This document shows, piece by piece, positions 19,433 to 29,971 of a stretch of DNA of 64,000 bases. The notes under the pieces are model-generated. The model made no database searches, was not told the DNA's origin, and saw only the letters and a list, made by a program, of their open reading frames with translations. The first letter of the stretch is position 1; every line of letters begins with the position of its first letter. Made by a program: the position numbers and the translations under genes. Origin of the DNA: an uncultured Oscillospiraceae bacterium (GTDB lineage: Bacteria > Bacillota > Clostridia > Saccharofermentanales > UBA5734); NCBI GenBank assembly GCA_964465385.1, contig CAYXIM010000001.1, positions 3,443 to 67,442 on the forward strand, in the 5' to 3' direction.

Positions 19433-20758
19433 CTACCGCCGGCTTTCTTTGGGCCTGAGCAAAAACCAGATGGGGGTCCCGTCAAAGCCGAAGGCCCGTC
19501 TCAGCTGGTTTTCCAGGTAGCGTTCGTATGAAAAATGCATGAGGTCTTTTTGATTGATGAAGAGGGCCACCTGTGGCGGGTGAACCCCGACCTGGGTGCC
19601 GTAATAGAGCTTGAGGCGTTTGCCCTTGTCTTGGGGAGGCGGGCTCATGGCCACCGCCTCATTGAGCACGTCGTTAAGCAGACCCGTGGACAGGCGCTTG
19701 CCAGCCTCTTCGTAGACCGTCCGAACCAGAGGCAGCAGGCGGTCGACACGCAGCCGGTTTGTGGCTGAAACCGTCACAATAGGGGCGTAAGGCATGAAAG
19801 AGAACGTGGTGCGGATGTCTTGCTCCACCTCGTCCTGGGTGATCTGATGGCTGCCTCTCAGGTCCCATTTGTTGACCACAAAAATGGATGCTTTACCCTG
19901 GTTGTGGGCATAACCGGCGATTTTGGTGTCTTGCTCAGTGGTTCCTTCTGTCGCGTCGATCAGGATCAGGCAGACATCAGATCGCTCGATGGCGGCCAGG
20001 GAACGGATCATGCTGTAGTGTTCAACCGAGCTGTCAATGCGGCTCTTTTTACGCAGGCCGGCTGTATCGATCAAGGTAAAGGAACCGTCATCTGTGTTAA
20101 TGGGGCTGTCGATGGCATCGCGCGTGGTGCCGGGCTGGCTGGAGACAATGAGACGGTTTTCCCCCAGCAGGGCATTTACCAGAGAGGATTTTCCCACATT
20201 CGGTTTTCCGATGACGGCCACAGCGATGCGCTCCGGGCTGTCCGCATCTGCCGCCTGCTCCGGGAAAGCTTCAAAAACCGCATCCAGCAGGTCGCCAACC
20301 CCCAGGCGGTGTGCCGATGAGATGGTCAAGAGCACGTCAAAACCCAACTGGTAAAACTCATAGGCCTCCAGCGGCAGCGGACCGACCTGATCGGCTTTGT
20401 TGACCGCCAGGACAACTGGTTTTTCTGTTTTACGTAACAAGACAGCAATGTCCTGGTCTTCAGCGGTCATGCCGGCCTTGAGATCAACCAGAAAGATGAT
20501 GACATCGGCCATGTCAATGGCAATCTGAACCTGTTCACGCATGGCCTGGGCCAGGTCGTCTTCGGTCCGGGTTTCCAGGCCGCTGGTATCTATGATGGAA
20601 AAAGACCGACCCCGCCACTGGCTTTTGGCCACAATGCGATCCCGTGTGATACCGGGGGTGTCATGCACGATCGACAGGCGCTGGCCGGCCAGGTGGTTAA
20701 ACAAGGTGGACTTGCCCACATTTGGGCGTCCAACGATGGCAACAATTGGATCAGTCAC
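19433..20758 (-). CDS. der: ribosome-assembly GTPase Der (EngA), tandem GTPase domains plus KH-like domain
   Basis: 441 aa. Two P-loops (GRPNVGKS, GKPNVGKS). The GTG start overlaps the upstream stop (GTGA). Confidence 0.96.
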   Translation of the reverse strand: MTDPIVAIVGRPNVGKSTLFNHLAGQRLSIVHDTPGITRDRIVAKSQWRGRSFSIIDTSGLETRTEDDLAQAMREQVQIAIDMADVIIFLVDLKAGMTAEDQDIAVLLRKTEKPVVLAVNKADQVGPLPLEAYEFYQLGFDVLLTISSAHRLGVGDLLDAVFEAFPEQAADADSPERIAVAVIGKPNVGKSSLVNALLGENRLIVSSQPGTTRDAIDSPINTDDGSFTLIDTAGLRKKSRIDSSVEHYSMIRSLAAIERSDVCLILIDATEGTTEQDTKIAGYAHNQGKASIFVVNKWDLRGSHQITQDEVEQDIRTTFSFMPYAPIVTVSATNRLRVDRLLPLVRTVYEEAGKRLSTGLLNDVLNEAVAMSPPPQDKGKRLKLYYGTQVGVHPPQVALFINQKDLMHFSYERYLENQLRRAFGFDGTPIWFLLRPKESRR

Positions 20759-22119
20759 GATGCAACACCTCCACCCACCCAGTCATCCAGCAGGCCAACC
20801 AGGCTGGCACCATCTGTTTCACACAAACGGACGGGCACACCCAGGTCCTGCTGGACGTCTGAAACCGTCAGGTCATCTAAAAACACCGGCTCTCCCTGGC
20901 GCGTCATGCTGACTGGCAACACCAGCAACACCCCTTGCCCGCTCTGGGTCAGCTGTTGAATCAGGGGTCGGGCTTGGGCCAGCACGTCCTGGCCGGTCAC
21001 CAGGCCGGCGACCGTGATCTGCGGGCCAAAAAAAGCGTTGACGAACGGCACAACGGTCACCGCAGCCCCCAGCCGCCGTTCAAGCTGCGGTTGAAAGGCG
21101 GTCAAGAAAGGCGCTGCCGCCGTTCCCGTGCCGATCAAGATATGCTGCTGGCCCAAAGCTGCTGCCGGCTGACCGGTCGCCAATGCATCGGTCAGCTGCT
21201 GGCGCATGAGCGCAACCATGCCCACGCCGTTTTCCAGTTGTGCAAAGGTTTCATAGTAGGACGTTTGCGGCATCGGCAGGCCGGCCAGGATGAAAAACTC
21301 ATCCGAGGCATAGACCACCCGCCCCTTGCCCCTGCTCCGTTCCCCTTCCTGCCAGGCCTCAACCTGCTGGATCAGGTCACGGGCTTCTTCAGCTGAAAAA
21401 GCGCGCAGCGGGTACAGGCCATTTTGCGTGCGGTGGCGCGTCAGGCCGACTGGCACGATGGCCACGCTGTTTAAAGAAGGCCCCAGATTGACCAGGTCGG
21501 TCAGGGTCTGGTCCAGGGCCTGGCCGTCGTTTAGACCCGGGCACAGGACGATCTGGATGTTGAGCAACAAGCCAGCCTGGGCAATGCGTTGAAGCTGGTC
21601 AAGCACCCGCCCGGCCTTGCGGTTGCGCAACATTTTTTTGCGCAACAGGGGGTCGGTTGTGTGGACCGACACGTTCATGGGCGAAAAACGATAACTGATC
21701 AAGCGGTCCAGGGCCTCATCTGTCAGGTTGGTCAAGGTTGCATAGGTCCCCTCCAGGAAAGACAGGCGCAAGTCATCGTCTTTGAGGTAGAGGCTTTTGC
21801 GAAGACCCGGGGGCAGTTGGTCGATGAAACAAAACAGGCAATGGTTGTCACAGGTGGTGCATGCTTGCATGAGCGGGTGCTCGAAGGTCAAACCCAGGTC
21901 ATCCGCTTCTTCTTTTTCAATGTCGTATTCAATCCATTGGCCCGCCTGCAGGACGCTGACCAGCAGCTGTGTTTTAAGCTGCTTGAGCCGGTAGTCGAAA
22001 AGGTCCTCGATTGCCTGACCGTCCAGGGCCAGCAACCGGTCACCTGCTTGCAGGCCAAGATCCGCCGCAATGCTTTCCGGCTCCACGCTGTCTATGCGAT
22101 AGCCTTGCTGTTCGTCCAT
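20755..22119 (-). CDS. DUF512 radical-SAM-like protein with N-terminal PDZ domain
   Basis: 454 aa. PDZ-like segment: IDSVEPESIAADLGLQAGDRLLALDG. Cys cluster: CDNHCLFCF. The position upstream of der is conserved in Clostridia and cyanobacteria. Confidence 0.8.
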   Translation of the reverse strand: MDEQQGYRIDSVEPESIAADLGLQAGDRLLALDGQAIEDLFDYRLKQLKTQLLVSVLQAGQWIEYDIEKEEADDLGLTFEHPLMQACTTCDNHCLFCFIDQLPPGLRKSLYLKDDDLRLSFLEGTYATLTNLTDEALDRLISYRFSPMNVSVHTTDPLLRKKMLRNRKAGRVLDQLQRIAQAGLLLNIQIVLCPGLNDGQALDQTLTDLVNLGPSLNSVAIVPVGLTRHRTQNGLYPLRAFSAEEARDLIQQVEAWQEGERSRGKGRVVYASDEFFILAGLPMPQTSYYETFAQLENGVGMVALMRQQLTDALATGQPAAALGQQHILIGTGTAAAPFLTAFQPQLERRLGAAVTVVPFVNAFFGPQITVAGLVTGQDVLAQARPLIQQLTQSGQGVLLVLPVSMTRQGEPVFLDDLTVSDVQQDLGVPVRLCETDGASLVGLLDDWVGGGVAS

Positions 22120-22145
22120 CGGCTCACCTCTCTTTCAGAATCACG

Positions 22146-22178
22146 AAAAAGCAGCGAGTCTGGCATCATTCCCGCTGC
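22146..22178 (-). terminator. intrinsic terminator/attenuator after rpmF
   Basis: Minus strand reads GCAGCG-16 nt-CGCTGC followed by TTTTT. It ends only 27 nt before the DUF512 ATG. Confidence 0.55.
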
Positions 22179-22270
22179 CTGGTGTTTGACGCTTGCTGGG
22201 CCTGTCGCCTGCGGTCTCTTCCGTGCAGGCCACGGCCCGGCCTTTTTGAGCTGTTGGCTTGATCAGGCCG

Positions 22271-22450
22271 TTACTGTTCGACCGCGACGATCTCTTTGCC
22301 GTCGTAATGGCCGCACCCTTTGCAGACCCGGTGTGGCATTTTCAACTCATGGCATCGCGGGCAGGCTGACAGGTTGGGTGCCGTGAGCTTCCAGTTGGCT
22401 TTGGAGCTGGCGGTTCTGGCCTTGGACCATTTTCGTTTTGGTTTTGACAC
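22271..22450 (-). CDS. rpmF: 50S ribosomal protein L32 (zinc-ribbon C+ form)
   Basis: Absent from the ORF track (59 aa, GTG start). My translation is VSKPKRKWSKARTASSKANWKLTAPNLSACPRCHELKMPHRVCKGCGHYDGKEIVAVEQ*. GGAGGTG lies 5 nt upstream, and the gene sits directly downstream of yceD as expected. Confidence 0.9.
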   Translation of the reverse strand: MSKPKRKWSKARTASSKANWKLTAPNLSACPRCHELKMPHRVCKGCGHYDGKEIVAVEQ

Positions 22451-22452
22451 GT

Positions 22453-22995
22453 TTACACCTCCGTTTGTGATCGAGATGGCTCATCGACCACGTATTGTTT
22501 CAATTGACTGAACGCGCTGTTGTTGCGCGCCTGCGCTTCCAGGCAGGAGCAGTCTGTCTGGTTGCGGTTACCACCGCAGATGGGACACAGGCCCCGGCAA
22601 CTGGCCTGGCACAAGAGCCGTTGCGGCATGGCCAGGACCAGGTTGTCTCGCAAAGCCGGCAGCAGGTCCAGCTGTTTGTCGCCCCGCTCATAGCAGTCCG
22701 ACGGGATGTCATCTGAACGCCCACCAGCCTCCTCGAAACACTCATCGAGCGCCACATCCAGTGTTTGTTCAGCCGCTTCCAGACACCGGGCACATGGGCC
22801 AGCCACGGTGGTTTTGAGCCGACCGGTCAGGCGCAGCCTGCCGGGGGCATCAACCGTCAGGTTTGCGGTCAAAAAGGACGTCTGCACCTGCTCCATCCGT
22901 TGACCGGAGAAGCCCCAGTCTTCAGGCGCAATCTCGCGTTCAAGGTCAATGGCGTCCACTTGGTTGTTCAGCAAGCCGAGAATGTTGATTTGCAT
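22453..22995 (-). CDS. yceD: YceD/DUF177 family protein (large-subunit rRNA accumulation protein)
   Basis: 180 aa. Cys motifs CARCLE...C..SCRGLCPICG. Canonical partner gene immediately upstream of rpmF. Confidence 0.85.
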   Translation of the reverse strand: MQINILGLLNNQVDAIDLEREIAPEDWGFSGQRMEQVQTSFLTANLTVDAPGRLRLTGRLKTTVAGPCARCLEAAEQTLDVALDECFEEAGGRSDDIPSDCYERGDKQLDLLPALRDNLVLAMPQRLLCQASCRGLCPICGGNRNQTDCSCLEAQARNNSAFSQLKQYVVDEPSRSQTEV

Positions 22996-23021
22996 AGGCC
23001 ACCTCCACAGACGCGAACCAT

Positions 23022-23050
23022 ATTATCATACACAAAGCCAGCCCTGTCAA
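23022..23050 (-). promoter_or_regulatory. candidate sigma-A promoter of yceD-rpmF
   Basis: Minus strand reads TTGACA - 17 nt - GATAAT (overlapping TGATAATAT), about 25 nt upstream of ATG 22995. Confidence 0.5.
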
Positions 23051-23089
23051 CTGCTTTTGGATGGCGGGCCGGCTACAAACGCGCTTGGT

Positions 23090-23527
23090 TTAGGGGACGC
23101 TGGTGGTCTTTTTGATCTCGATGTCCAAGCGGGTGTTCAGCTGCTGCTGGTTGTTGATGTCGATGGTGTAACCCAGGCTGATCAGGCCACCCGATTCATC
23201 CAGCCGGCTGTCGACCAGGCTGGTGTAAATGGTCACATCCAGGTCACCGTAAGGGGTGCTCATGCGGGTGATGTGGCGGTTGCCCGTTTCAAAAGACAGT
23301 TCCATCTCATGGCTTCCGGTTCGCACCAGGTGCATATGCTCCGGCTGGATCACATGGATGGTTGTCCGGGTGCCTTCCATGCCGGTGGCGGCGCTTTCAT
23401 CATAAACCACAGACCAGCCCTCCCCCTCACGGGACAACAGGCCTTCGGTTGTTAAACGGATGTGCTGGGGTTCATCGTGGCCGCTCCATTGGCGGCCGCT
23501 GATGGTCAACCACACGTGCCATTGCAT
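23090..23527 (-). CDS. DUF1934 (YwiB-like beta-barrel) protein
   Basis: 145 aa. Size and alternating beta-strand pattern (TTIHVIQPEHMHLVRTGSHEMELSFETG...YGDLDVTIYT) match my recollection of the family. No search was run. Confidence 0.6.
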   Translation of the reverse strand: MQWHVWLTISGRQWSGHDEPQHIRLTTEGLLSREGEGWSVVYDESAATGMEGTRTTIHVIQPEHMHLVRTGSHEMELSFETGNRHITRMSTPYGDLDVTIYTSLVDSRLDESGGLISLGYTIDINNQQQLNTRLDIEIKKTTSVP

Positions 23528-23557
23528 GCAATCACTCCCTTTCCCAAGGCCAGCAGC

Positions 23558-24385
23558 TCAGGGGGCATAGCCCTCAATGTCAATGCGCTGCGCCTTGCAG
23601 ATGGGGCGGTCTAGAAAAAGGGTACCCAGGCGTTCAAACAAAGCCACGCTGTCACTGGTGTAAAAGCGGTGCGCCGCCGCTGCCCCAGGCGGGGCCAGCA
23701 GCTTGTGTTGGCGCAAGGTCCTGGCCACCTCCCCGGCCACCGGTGGTCCAGACTGGATCAACTCAACAGCTGATCCGGCCGTCTCGGCGATCACCTGGCT
23801 TAAAAAGGGATAGTGGGTGCAGCCCAGGATCAGGGTGTCTGTTCCCTGTGCCAGAACCGGTTCCAGGTAAATACGGGCCACCTCCCGGGTGACCGGGTGG
23901 TCCCACCAGCCCTCCTCCACCAAACCAACAAAGAGCGGGCAGGCCTGCTGGACGACAGTCAGGGGGTTGGGAGCCAGGCGCGCCAGGGTGGTTTGATAAA
24001 CCCCGCTTTCAACGGTTCCACGGGTCCCGATCACGCCGATGCCGCCCCCCTTGCTTGTCCGGATGGCAGCCACACAGGCCGGCTCAATGACTTCAACAAC
24101 CGGCACAGGGCAGAAGGCACGGATGGCTTCCACTGCCTGGGAGCTGGCTGTGTTGCAGGCGATAACGACCATCTTGACGTCCTGATCCAGCAAAAACCGG
24201 GTGTTCTGAATGGAAAACCGCCGAACAGTCTCTTCAGACTTGTTGCCATAAGGCATGCGGCCGGAATCTCCAAAATAAACCGTGCTTTCATGGGGTAACG
24301 CCTCCATGATGGCTTTCAAAATGGTCAGGCCGCCCAGACCCGAATCAAAAACCCCGATGGGCCGTTGATCCGTTGAGGCTTTCAT
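23558..24385 (-). CDS. murI: glutamate racemase
   Basis: ORF 23558..24436. I prefer ATG 24385, which overlaps the ddl stop (ATGA). Motifs: VFDSGLGGLT, IACNTAS, LGCTHYP. Confidence 0.93.
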   Translation of the reverse strand: MKASTDQRPIGVFDSGLGGLTILKAIMEALPHESTVYFGDSGRMPYGNKSEETVRRFSIQNTRFLLDQDVKMVVIACNTASSQAVEAIRAFCPVPVVEVIEPACVAAIRTSKGGGIGVIGTRGTVESGVYQTTLARLAPNPLTVVQQACPLFVGLVEEGWWDHPVTREVARIYLEPVLAQGTDTLILGCTHYPFLSQVIAETAGSAVELIQSGPPVAGEVARTLRQHKLLAPPGAAAAHRFYTSDSVALFERLGTLFLDRPICKAQRIDIEGYAP

Positions 24386-25467
24386 CGGGTCACCCGCTTT
24401 CTGGCAGCCTGGTGGGTCGACAGGGCTTCCAGGCAAAGCCGTTCCACCAGTTCATCCATGGCAAGCCCGGTGGCCGCAAAGGACTTGGGGTAGACGCTGA
24501 TGGTCGTAAAGCCTGGCAAGGTGTTGATTTCGTTGAGGTAAACGCTGCCATCGTCGCGATCTATAAAAAAATCAATGCGGCTCATGCCTGTGCAGCCCAT
24601 GCTGCGGTAGGCACGCAGGGCATAGCCCCGGATGAGGTCGGCAGTCGGTTCATCCAGGGGGGCCGGAACCAGCACCCGGGCGCCATCGGCGGACAGGTAT
24701 TTGGCCTCATAGTCGTAATGGGTGAAGGCACGTTCATCGGTGACGATTTCTCCCAGGGCACCGACCAGCGGGTCTGAGCCACCCAGCACGGACACTTCTA
24801 TTTCACGGGCACGGATAAAAGCCTCCGCCAAAACCACCGGATCGTAACTGCTGACGGCCTTGAGGGCGTCTGCCAGTTCGCCCACCTGATCCACACGCTG
24901 GGTCCCGATAGATGACCCGCCGTTGCTGGGCTTGAGGAAACATGGAAACCCCGTGGCCTGGGCCACCTGCTGGCAGGCCCCGTCCAGGTCTTCGTGAATC
25001 TGTTGGCGCGTGATGGCGGTGAAGGCACACTGGGGCAGCCCGGCATCACGGAAAACACGCTTGGCGTGTTGCTTGTCCATACAGGCTGCCGATGCCAGGA
25101 CCTGGCTGCCCACATAAGGCAGGTCTGCCAGGGTTAAAAAGCCCTGCAAGGCACCGTCTTCGCAATTGACCCCGTGAACAGCCGGAAAAACACAGTCTGG
25201 CAGGCACCCATAGAAAGCCTCGATAAAAGCCCTGGGAGACCGGACCGGCTGGCTCGTTTGTTGCAGCGGCTCCTGATGCCAGGTGTCTGAAAGGATGGCC
25301 TCATCCGGGCCATCAAAGCGCCGCCAGAGGCCCTCCTGGGTGATGCCGACAGGAAGCACCCGGTGACCCCGGGTGCGCAAGGCCCCGATCACCGCATAAG
25401 CCGACTGCAAAGACACCGCATATTCGGGTGAGACACCACCGAAAAGGACCATCACCGTTAGACCCAT
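24382..25467 (-). CDS. ddl: D-alanine--D-alanine ligase
   Basis: 361 aa, ATP-grasp. Motifs: FPAVHG, GSSIG, EINTLPGFT. GGAGG RBS. Confidence 0.95.
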   Translation of the reverse strand: MGLTVMVLFGGVSPEYAVSLQSAYAVIGALRTRGHRVLPVGITQEGLWRRFDGPDEAILSDTWHQEPLQQTSQPVRSPRAFIEAFYGCLPDCVFPAVHGVNCEDGALQGFLTLADLPYVGSQVLASAACMDKQHAKRVFRDAGLPQCAFTAITRQQIHEDLDGACQQVAQATGFPCFLKPSNGGSSIGTQRVDQVGELADALKAVSSYDPVVLAEAFIRAREIEVSVLGGSDPLVGALGEIVTDERAFTHYDYEAKYLSADGARVLVPAPLDEPTADLIRGYALRAYRSMGCTGMSRIDFFIDRDDGSVYLNEINTLPGFTTISVYPKSFAATGLAMDELVERLCLEALSTHQAARKRVTR

Positions 25468-25505
25468 TGCGTCATTCCTCCAAGCATCCGTTCAAGATTG
25501 CTACC

Positions 25506-25534
25506 AGTTTAGCCTAAGCCCCTGGTAAGGGCAA
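25506..25534 (-). promoter_or_regulatory. candidate sigma-A promoter of ddl-murI
   Basis: Minus strand reads TTGCCC - 17 nt - TAAACT, about 40 nt upstream of ATG 25467. Confidence 0.4.
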
Positions 25535-25560
25535 GATGCGGCTGCCTCCTCTGGTGCAGT

Positions 25561-25592
25561 AAAAAACCTGACCAGGCGGCCGCCCGGTCAGG
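25561..25592 (-). terminator. intrinsic terminator after proS
   Basis: Minus strand reads CCTGACCGGGCGG/CCGCCTGGTCAGG, a GC-rich hairpin followed by TTTTTT, 35 nt after the proS stop. Confidence 0.7.
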
Positions 25593-25626
25593 CTCATGAA
25601 AGCAGGCAAGCGGCTGCTGACAGCAG

Positions 25627-27063
25627 TCAGTAGGCTTTTCCCCAGACCACCAGATACCGGGCTTCTTTCTGGCAGCAAACACAGTGGTCCGCCACGTTTT
25701 CCTGGTCAAAAGGCAGGCAGCGGGAGGTGGCTCCCGTCTCTTCCTTGACCTGCTCTTCACAGGCTGGATCTCCGCACCACATGGCCCGGATAAAACCGGG
25801 CTGCTCAGCCACGCTGCTGACAAAACCCGCCCAGTCGGTCGCCGTCGTGATGCGGCTGTTGAAGCGCTGGACGGCACGCTCATAGAGGGTCTCGTGAATG
25901 TCATCCAGAAGCTTGGGCAGGGCGTCTGCCAGCCCCTCCAGGGGCAGGGGAATCTTCTGGCCGGTATCGCGCCGGACAGCCAGGCATTGCCCCTGGGCCA
26001 GGTCGCGGGGCCCCAGCTCCAAACGCAGGGGGACCCCTTTCATCTCATACTCGCTGAATTTCCAACCAGGCATTTTATCGGTGGTGTCCACCTTGATCCG
26101 CAAGGTGCCCTTGAGTGTGTCGTAAAGCTGTTCAGCGGCTTCAAGCACCCCTGCCTTATGGGGGGCAATGGGAACCACCACAGCCTGAAGCGGCGCCACA
26201 CGCGGCGGCAAAATCAACCCGTTGTCATCTCCGTGAACCATGATGACCGCCCCGATAGACCGCGTTGACAGGCCCCAGGAGGTCTGGTGGACGTACTGCA
26301 ACTGGTTGTTGGGGTCTGAAAACTGGATGTCAAACACGCGGGCAAAACCATCACCGAAGTAATGGGTGGTGGCCGACTGGAGGGCCTTGCCGTCGTGCAT
26401 CATGGCTTCGACAGTGTAGGTGTCCACGGCCCCTGCAAATTTTTCGCTTTCTGTTTTCTTGCCCTTCAAGACCGGGATGGCCAACACATCCCGGTAGAAA
26501 TCCGCGTACACATCCAGCATGCGCAAGGTCTCCTCGACAGCCTCCTCGCTGGTGGCATGTGCCGTATGGCCTTCCTGCCAGTAAAACTCCGTTGACCGCA
26601 GGAACGGTCGGGTGGTTTTTTCCCAGCGGACCACTGAGACCCATTGGTTGTAAAGCTTGGGCAGGTCCCGCCAGGATTGGATCACCCGGGCATAGTGGTC
26701 ACAAAAGAGGGTTTCAGAGGTCGGGCGCACGCACAAGCGTTCAGCCAGGGTTTCCTGGCCACCCTGGGTCACCCAGGCCACTTCAGGGGCAAAGCCGGCC
26801 ACATGGTCTTTTTCTTTCTGCAGCAGGCTTTCCGGGATGAAAAGCGGCATGGCGACGTTTTCATGCCCGGTTTCTTTGAAACGGGCATCCAGCGCGCTTT
26901 GAATGTTTTCCCAGATGGCAAAGCCATAGGGGCGCAGGATCATACAGCCTTTCACAGCTGAATGGTCGATCAGCTCTGCTTTAAGCACCACATCTGTGTA
27001 CCATTGTGAAAAATCCACATCCATGGCTGTGATGGCATCGACCTTCTTGATCGGTTCTTTCAT
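25627..27063 (-). CDS. proS: proline--tRNA ligase, archaeal/eukaryote-like type (no insertion editing domain)
   Basis: 478 aa, class II motifs. N-terminus: [32 protein letters not shown]-terminal Zn-type domain ending ...WGKAY. Confidence 0.95.
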   Translation of the reverse strand: MKEPIKKVDAITAMDVDFSQWYTDVVLKAELIDHSAVKGCMILRPYGFAIWENIQSALDARFKETGHENVAMPLFIPESLLQKEKDHVAGFAPEVAWVTQGGQETLAERLCVRPTSETLFCDHYARVIQSWRDLPKLYNQWVSVVRWEKTTRPFLRSTEFYWQEGHTAHATSEEAVEETLRMLDVYADFYRDVLAIPVLKGKKTESEKFAGAVDTYTVEAMMHDGKALQSATTHYFGDGFARVFDIQFSDPNNQLQYVHQTSWGLSTRSIGAVIMVHGDDNGLILPPRVAPLQAVVVPIAPHKAGVLEAAEQLYDTLKGTLRIKVDTTDKMPGWKFSEYEMKGVPLRLELGPRDLAQGQCLAVRRDTGQKIPLPLEGLADALPKLLDDIHETLYERAVQRFNSRITTATDWAGFVSSVAEQPGFIRAMWCGDPACEEQVKEETGATSRCLPFDQENVADHCVCCQKEARYLVVWGKAY

Positions 27064-27092
27064 GTTTGGTCCTCTCTGTCGCTTGACTGCGT

Positions 27093-28298
27093 TTAAATAT
27101 CAGCACCGCAGATGCGGGCGGTCTCTGTGGCAATGGCGTACTCTTCATTGGTGGGGACCACCAGGACCACCACAGGAGACTGCTCGGTAGACACAATGGC
27201 CTCCCGGCTGCGGACGGCTGTGTTTTTGTATGGGTCCAGCTGGATGCCCATGTAATCCAACCCTTCACAGGCCCCCCGCCGGATGTCCGGCGTGTTTTCG
27301 CCGATACCCGCCGTGAAGACCACGGCATCAACCCCGCCCATGGCGGCTGCGTAGGCGCCGATGTACTTGCGGCACTGGTACTTGAACAGGTCCAGGGCCA
27401 GGGAGGCGCGTTTGTTGCCCTCTCCTGCCGCTTGATACAAGTCCCTGAAGTCGCTGCTGACCCCTGACAGGCCCAGCACACCCGATTTTTTATTCATGAG
27501 GTCATCGACCCCCTGGGTGTCCAGCTTTTCCCGCTCCATGATGAAGGTCACGATAGCCGGATCCACATCGCCGCAACGCGTGCCCATGCTCACACCGGCC
27601 AATGGGGTGAAGCCCATGGAGGTGTCCACGCACTGGCCATGGCGAACCGCGGCAATAGAAGAGCCGTTGCCCAGGTGACAGGTGATGATTTTCAGCTTGT
27701 CATAAGGCTTTTGCAAAATGGCGGCCGCCCGCTTGGACACATAGGCGTGCGATGTCCCATGAAAGCCGTACCTGCGGATGCCGTACTGCTCATAGAGCTG
27801 GTAAGGCAACGCATACATGTAGGCCTGAGACGGCATGGTCTGGTGGAAGGCCGTGTCAAAAACCGCCACCTGCGGGACACCAGGCAAGGCCTCTTCACAG
27901 GCTTCAATGCCGGTCATGTTGGGCGGGTTGTGTAGCGGTGCCAATTCAAAACAGGCGCGAATGGCCCGTTTGACCTCCGGGGTGATCAAAACGGAGGAGG
28001 CGAACTTCTCGCCGCCGTGCACCACCCGGTGACCCACCGCATCGATCTCGTCCATTTTCTTGATGACCCCGTGTTTTTCAGACGTCAAAGCCGCCAAGAC
28101 CGTCTGGACAGCCACCTTGTGGTTGGGCATGTCCACGGCCATTTTATATTCAGGTTTGCCGTTGAGGCTTTGTCGAATCAGGGAGTCTTTGAGCCCGATG
28201 CGTTCTGCGTTGCCCCGAGCCAGCACCTCTCCGGTCAGGGCGTTCAACAGTTGGTATTTTAAAGAAGAGCTGCCTGCATTGATCACCAGTACCTTCAT
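27093..28298 (-). CDS. ackA: acetate kinase
   Basis: 401 aa. Motifs: [37 protein letters not shown]. Confidence 0.97.
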   Translation of the reverse strand: MKVLVINAGSSSLKYQLLNALTGEVLARGNAERIGLKDSLIRQSLNGKPEYKMAVDMPNHKVAVQTVLAALTSEKHGVIKKMDEIDAVGHRVVHGGEKFASSVLITPEVKRAIRACFELAPLHNPPNMTGIEACEEALPGVPQVAVFDTAFHQTMPSQAYMYALPYQLYEQYGIRRYGFHGTSHAYVSKRAAAILQKPYDKLKIITCHLGNGSSIAAVRHGQCVDTSMGFTPLAGVSMGTRCGDVDPAIVTFIMEREKLDTQGVDDLMNKKSGVLGLSGVSSDFRDLYQAAGEGNKRASLALDLFKYQCRKYIGAYAAAMGGVDAVVFTAGIGENTPDIRRGACEGLDYMGIQLDPYKNTAVRSREAIVSTEQSPVVVLVVPTNEEYAIATETARICGADI

Positions 28299-28301
28299 GC
28301 C

Positions 28302-29327
<1,026 letters not shown>

Positions 29328-29349
29328 TCATTCAATCATGCCATCCCAC

Positions 29350-29378
29350 AGTATAGCGGAAGAAGCCCGCTTGATCAA
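29350..29378 (-). promoter_or_regulatory. candidate sigma-A promoter of pta-ackA(-proS)
   Basis: Minus strand reads TTGATC - 17 nt - TATACT, about 38 nt upstream of ATG 29312. Confidence 0.5.
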
Positions 29379-29389
29379 CCGGTGACGGT

Positions 29390-29941
29390 CTATCGGCGGA
29401 CGTTTGACCGAAGCAGCCGGCGAGTCAAATACCAGCCCAGCACAAAGAGACCCAGAAAGATCAGGAGGTCACCGACGCTGATCATGTAAAACCACACCGG
29501 GATGATATCACCCAAAAAGAGCAGCGGCTCGTTGCCACTTGCCAGAAAATAATGGGGGGCCTGGTCGATTTTAAGGAGGGCTTCCTGGCCAAAGGCCTCG
29601 ATGGCCCGGCCAACAGGCATCTGGCCCTGGTTGACCAACATGACCAGGGCGTTGAGCAAGCCACCTGACAGGACCAGCAGGGTGCCTGGTTTTTTTCGGT
29701 TGGCCGCCAAAAAGACCGTGACCGCCGTGTATTGCACCACCAGCACAAGCAGGCGCATGTTGAGTGCGAAAGACCAGGCTGCCAGCCAGCGCTGGACCAG
29801 CGCGGAGGCCAAAAGCAGGGAGCAGGCCACCGCAAGATATAACAAAGGCAAAAGCCTGAAGCGCTTTTGCCAGATGCTCGACCAGCGGCCGCCTGTCAAA
29901 AGACCCGCCCCGATACCCAGGATGCACGCCAGAAAAATCAT
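29390..29941 (-). CDS. DUF5317-like small membrane protein
   Basis: 183 aa with five hydrophobic segments. The LLNALVMLVNQGQMPV motif resembles the N..V...NGG.MPV signature I associate with DUF5317, a family often adjacent to HD-GYP genes. No search was run. Confidence 0.55.
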   Translation of the reverse strand: MIFLACILGIGAGLLTGGRWSSIWQKRFRLLPLLYLAVACSLLLASALVQRWLAAWSFALNMRLLVLVVQYTAVTVFLAANRKKPGTLLVLSGGLLNALVMLVNQGQMPVGRAIEAFGQEALLKIDQAPHYFLASGNEPLLFLGDIIPVWFYMISVGDLLIFLGLFVLGWYLTRRLLRSNVRR

Positions 29942-29971
29942 AGGTACTCCTCATGTTGCCGCGCCTGCCGG

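Noticed and set aside
17557-19485. The ATG at 19485 as the typA start (642 aa).
   Set aside because: It would overlap der by 53 nt and add 24 residues (MTGPPSGFCSGPKKAGGSQKGPKP) not seen at BipA N-termini. TTG 19413 with GAAAGGA upstream restores the canonical N-terminus.
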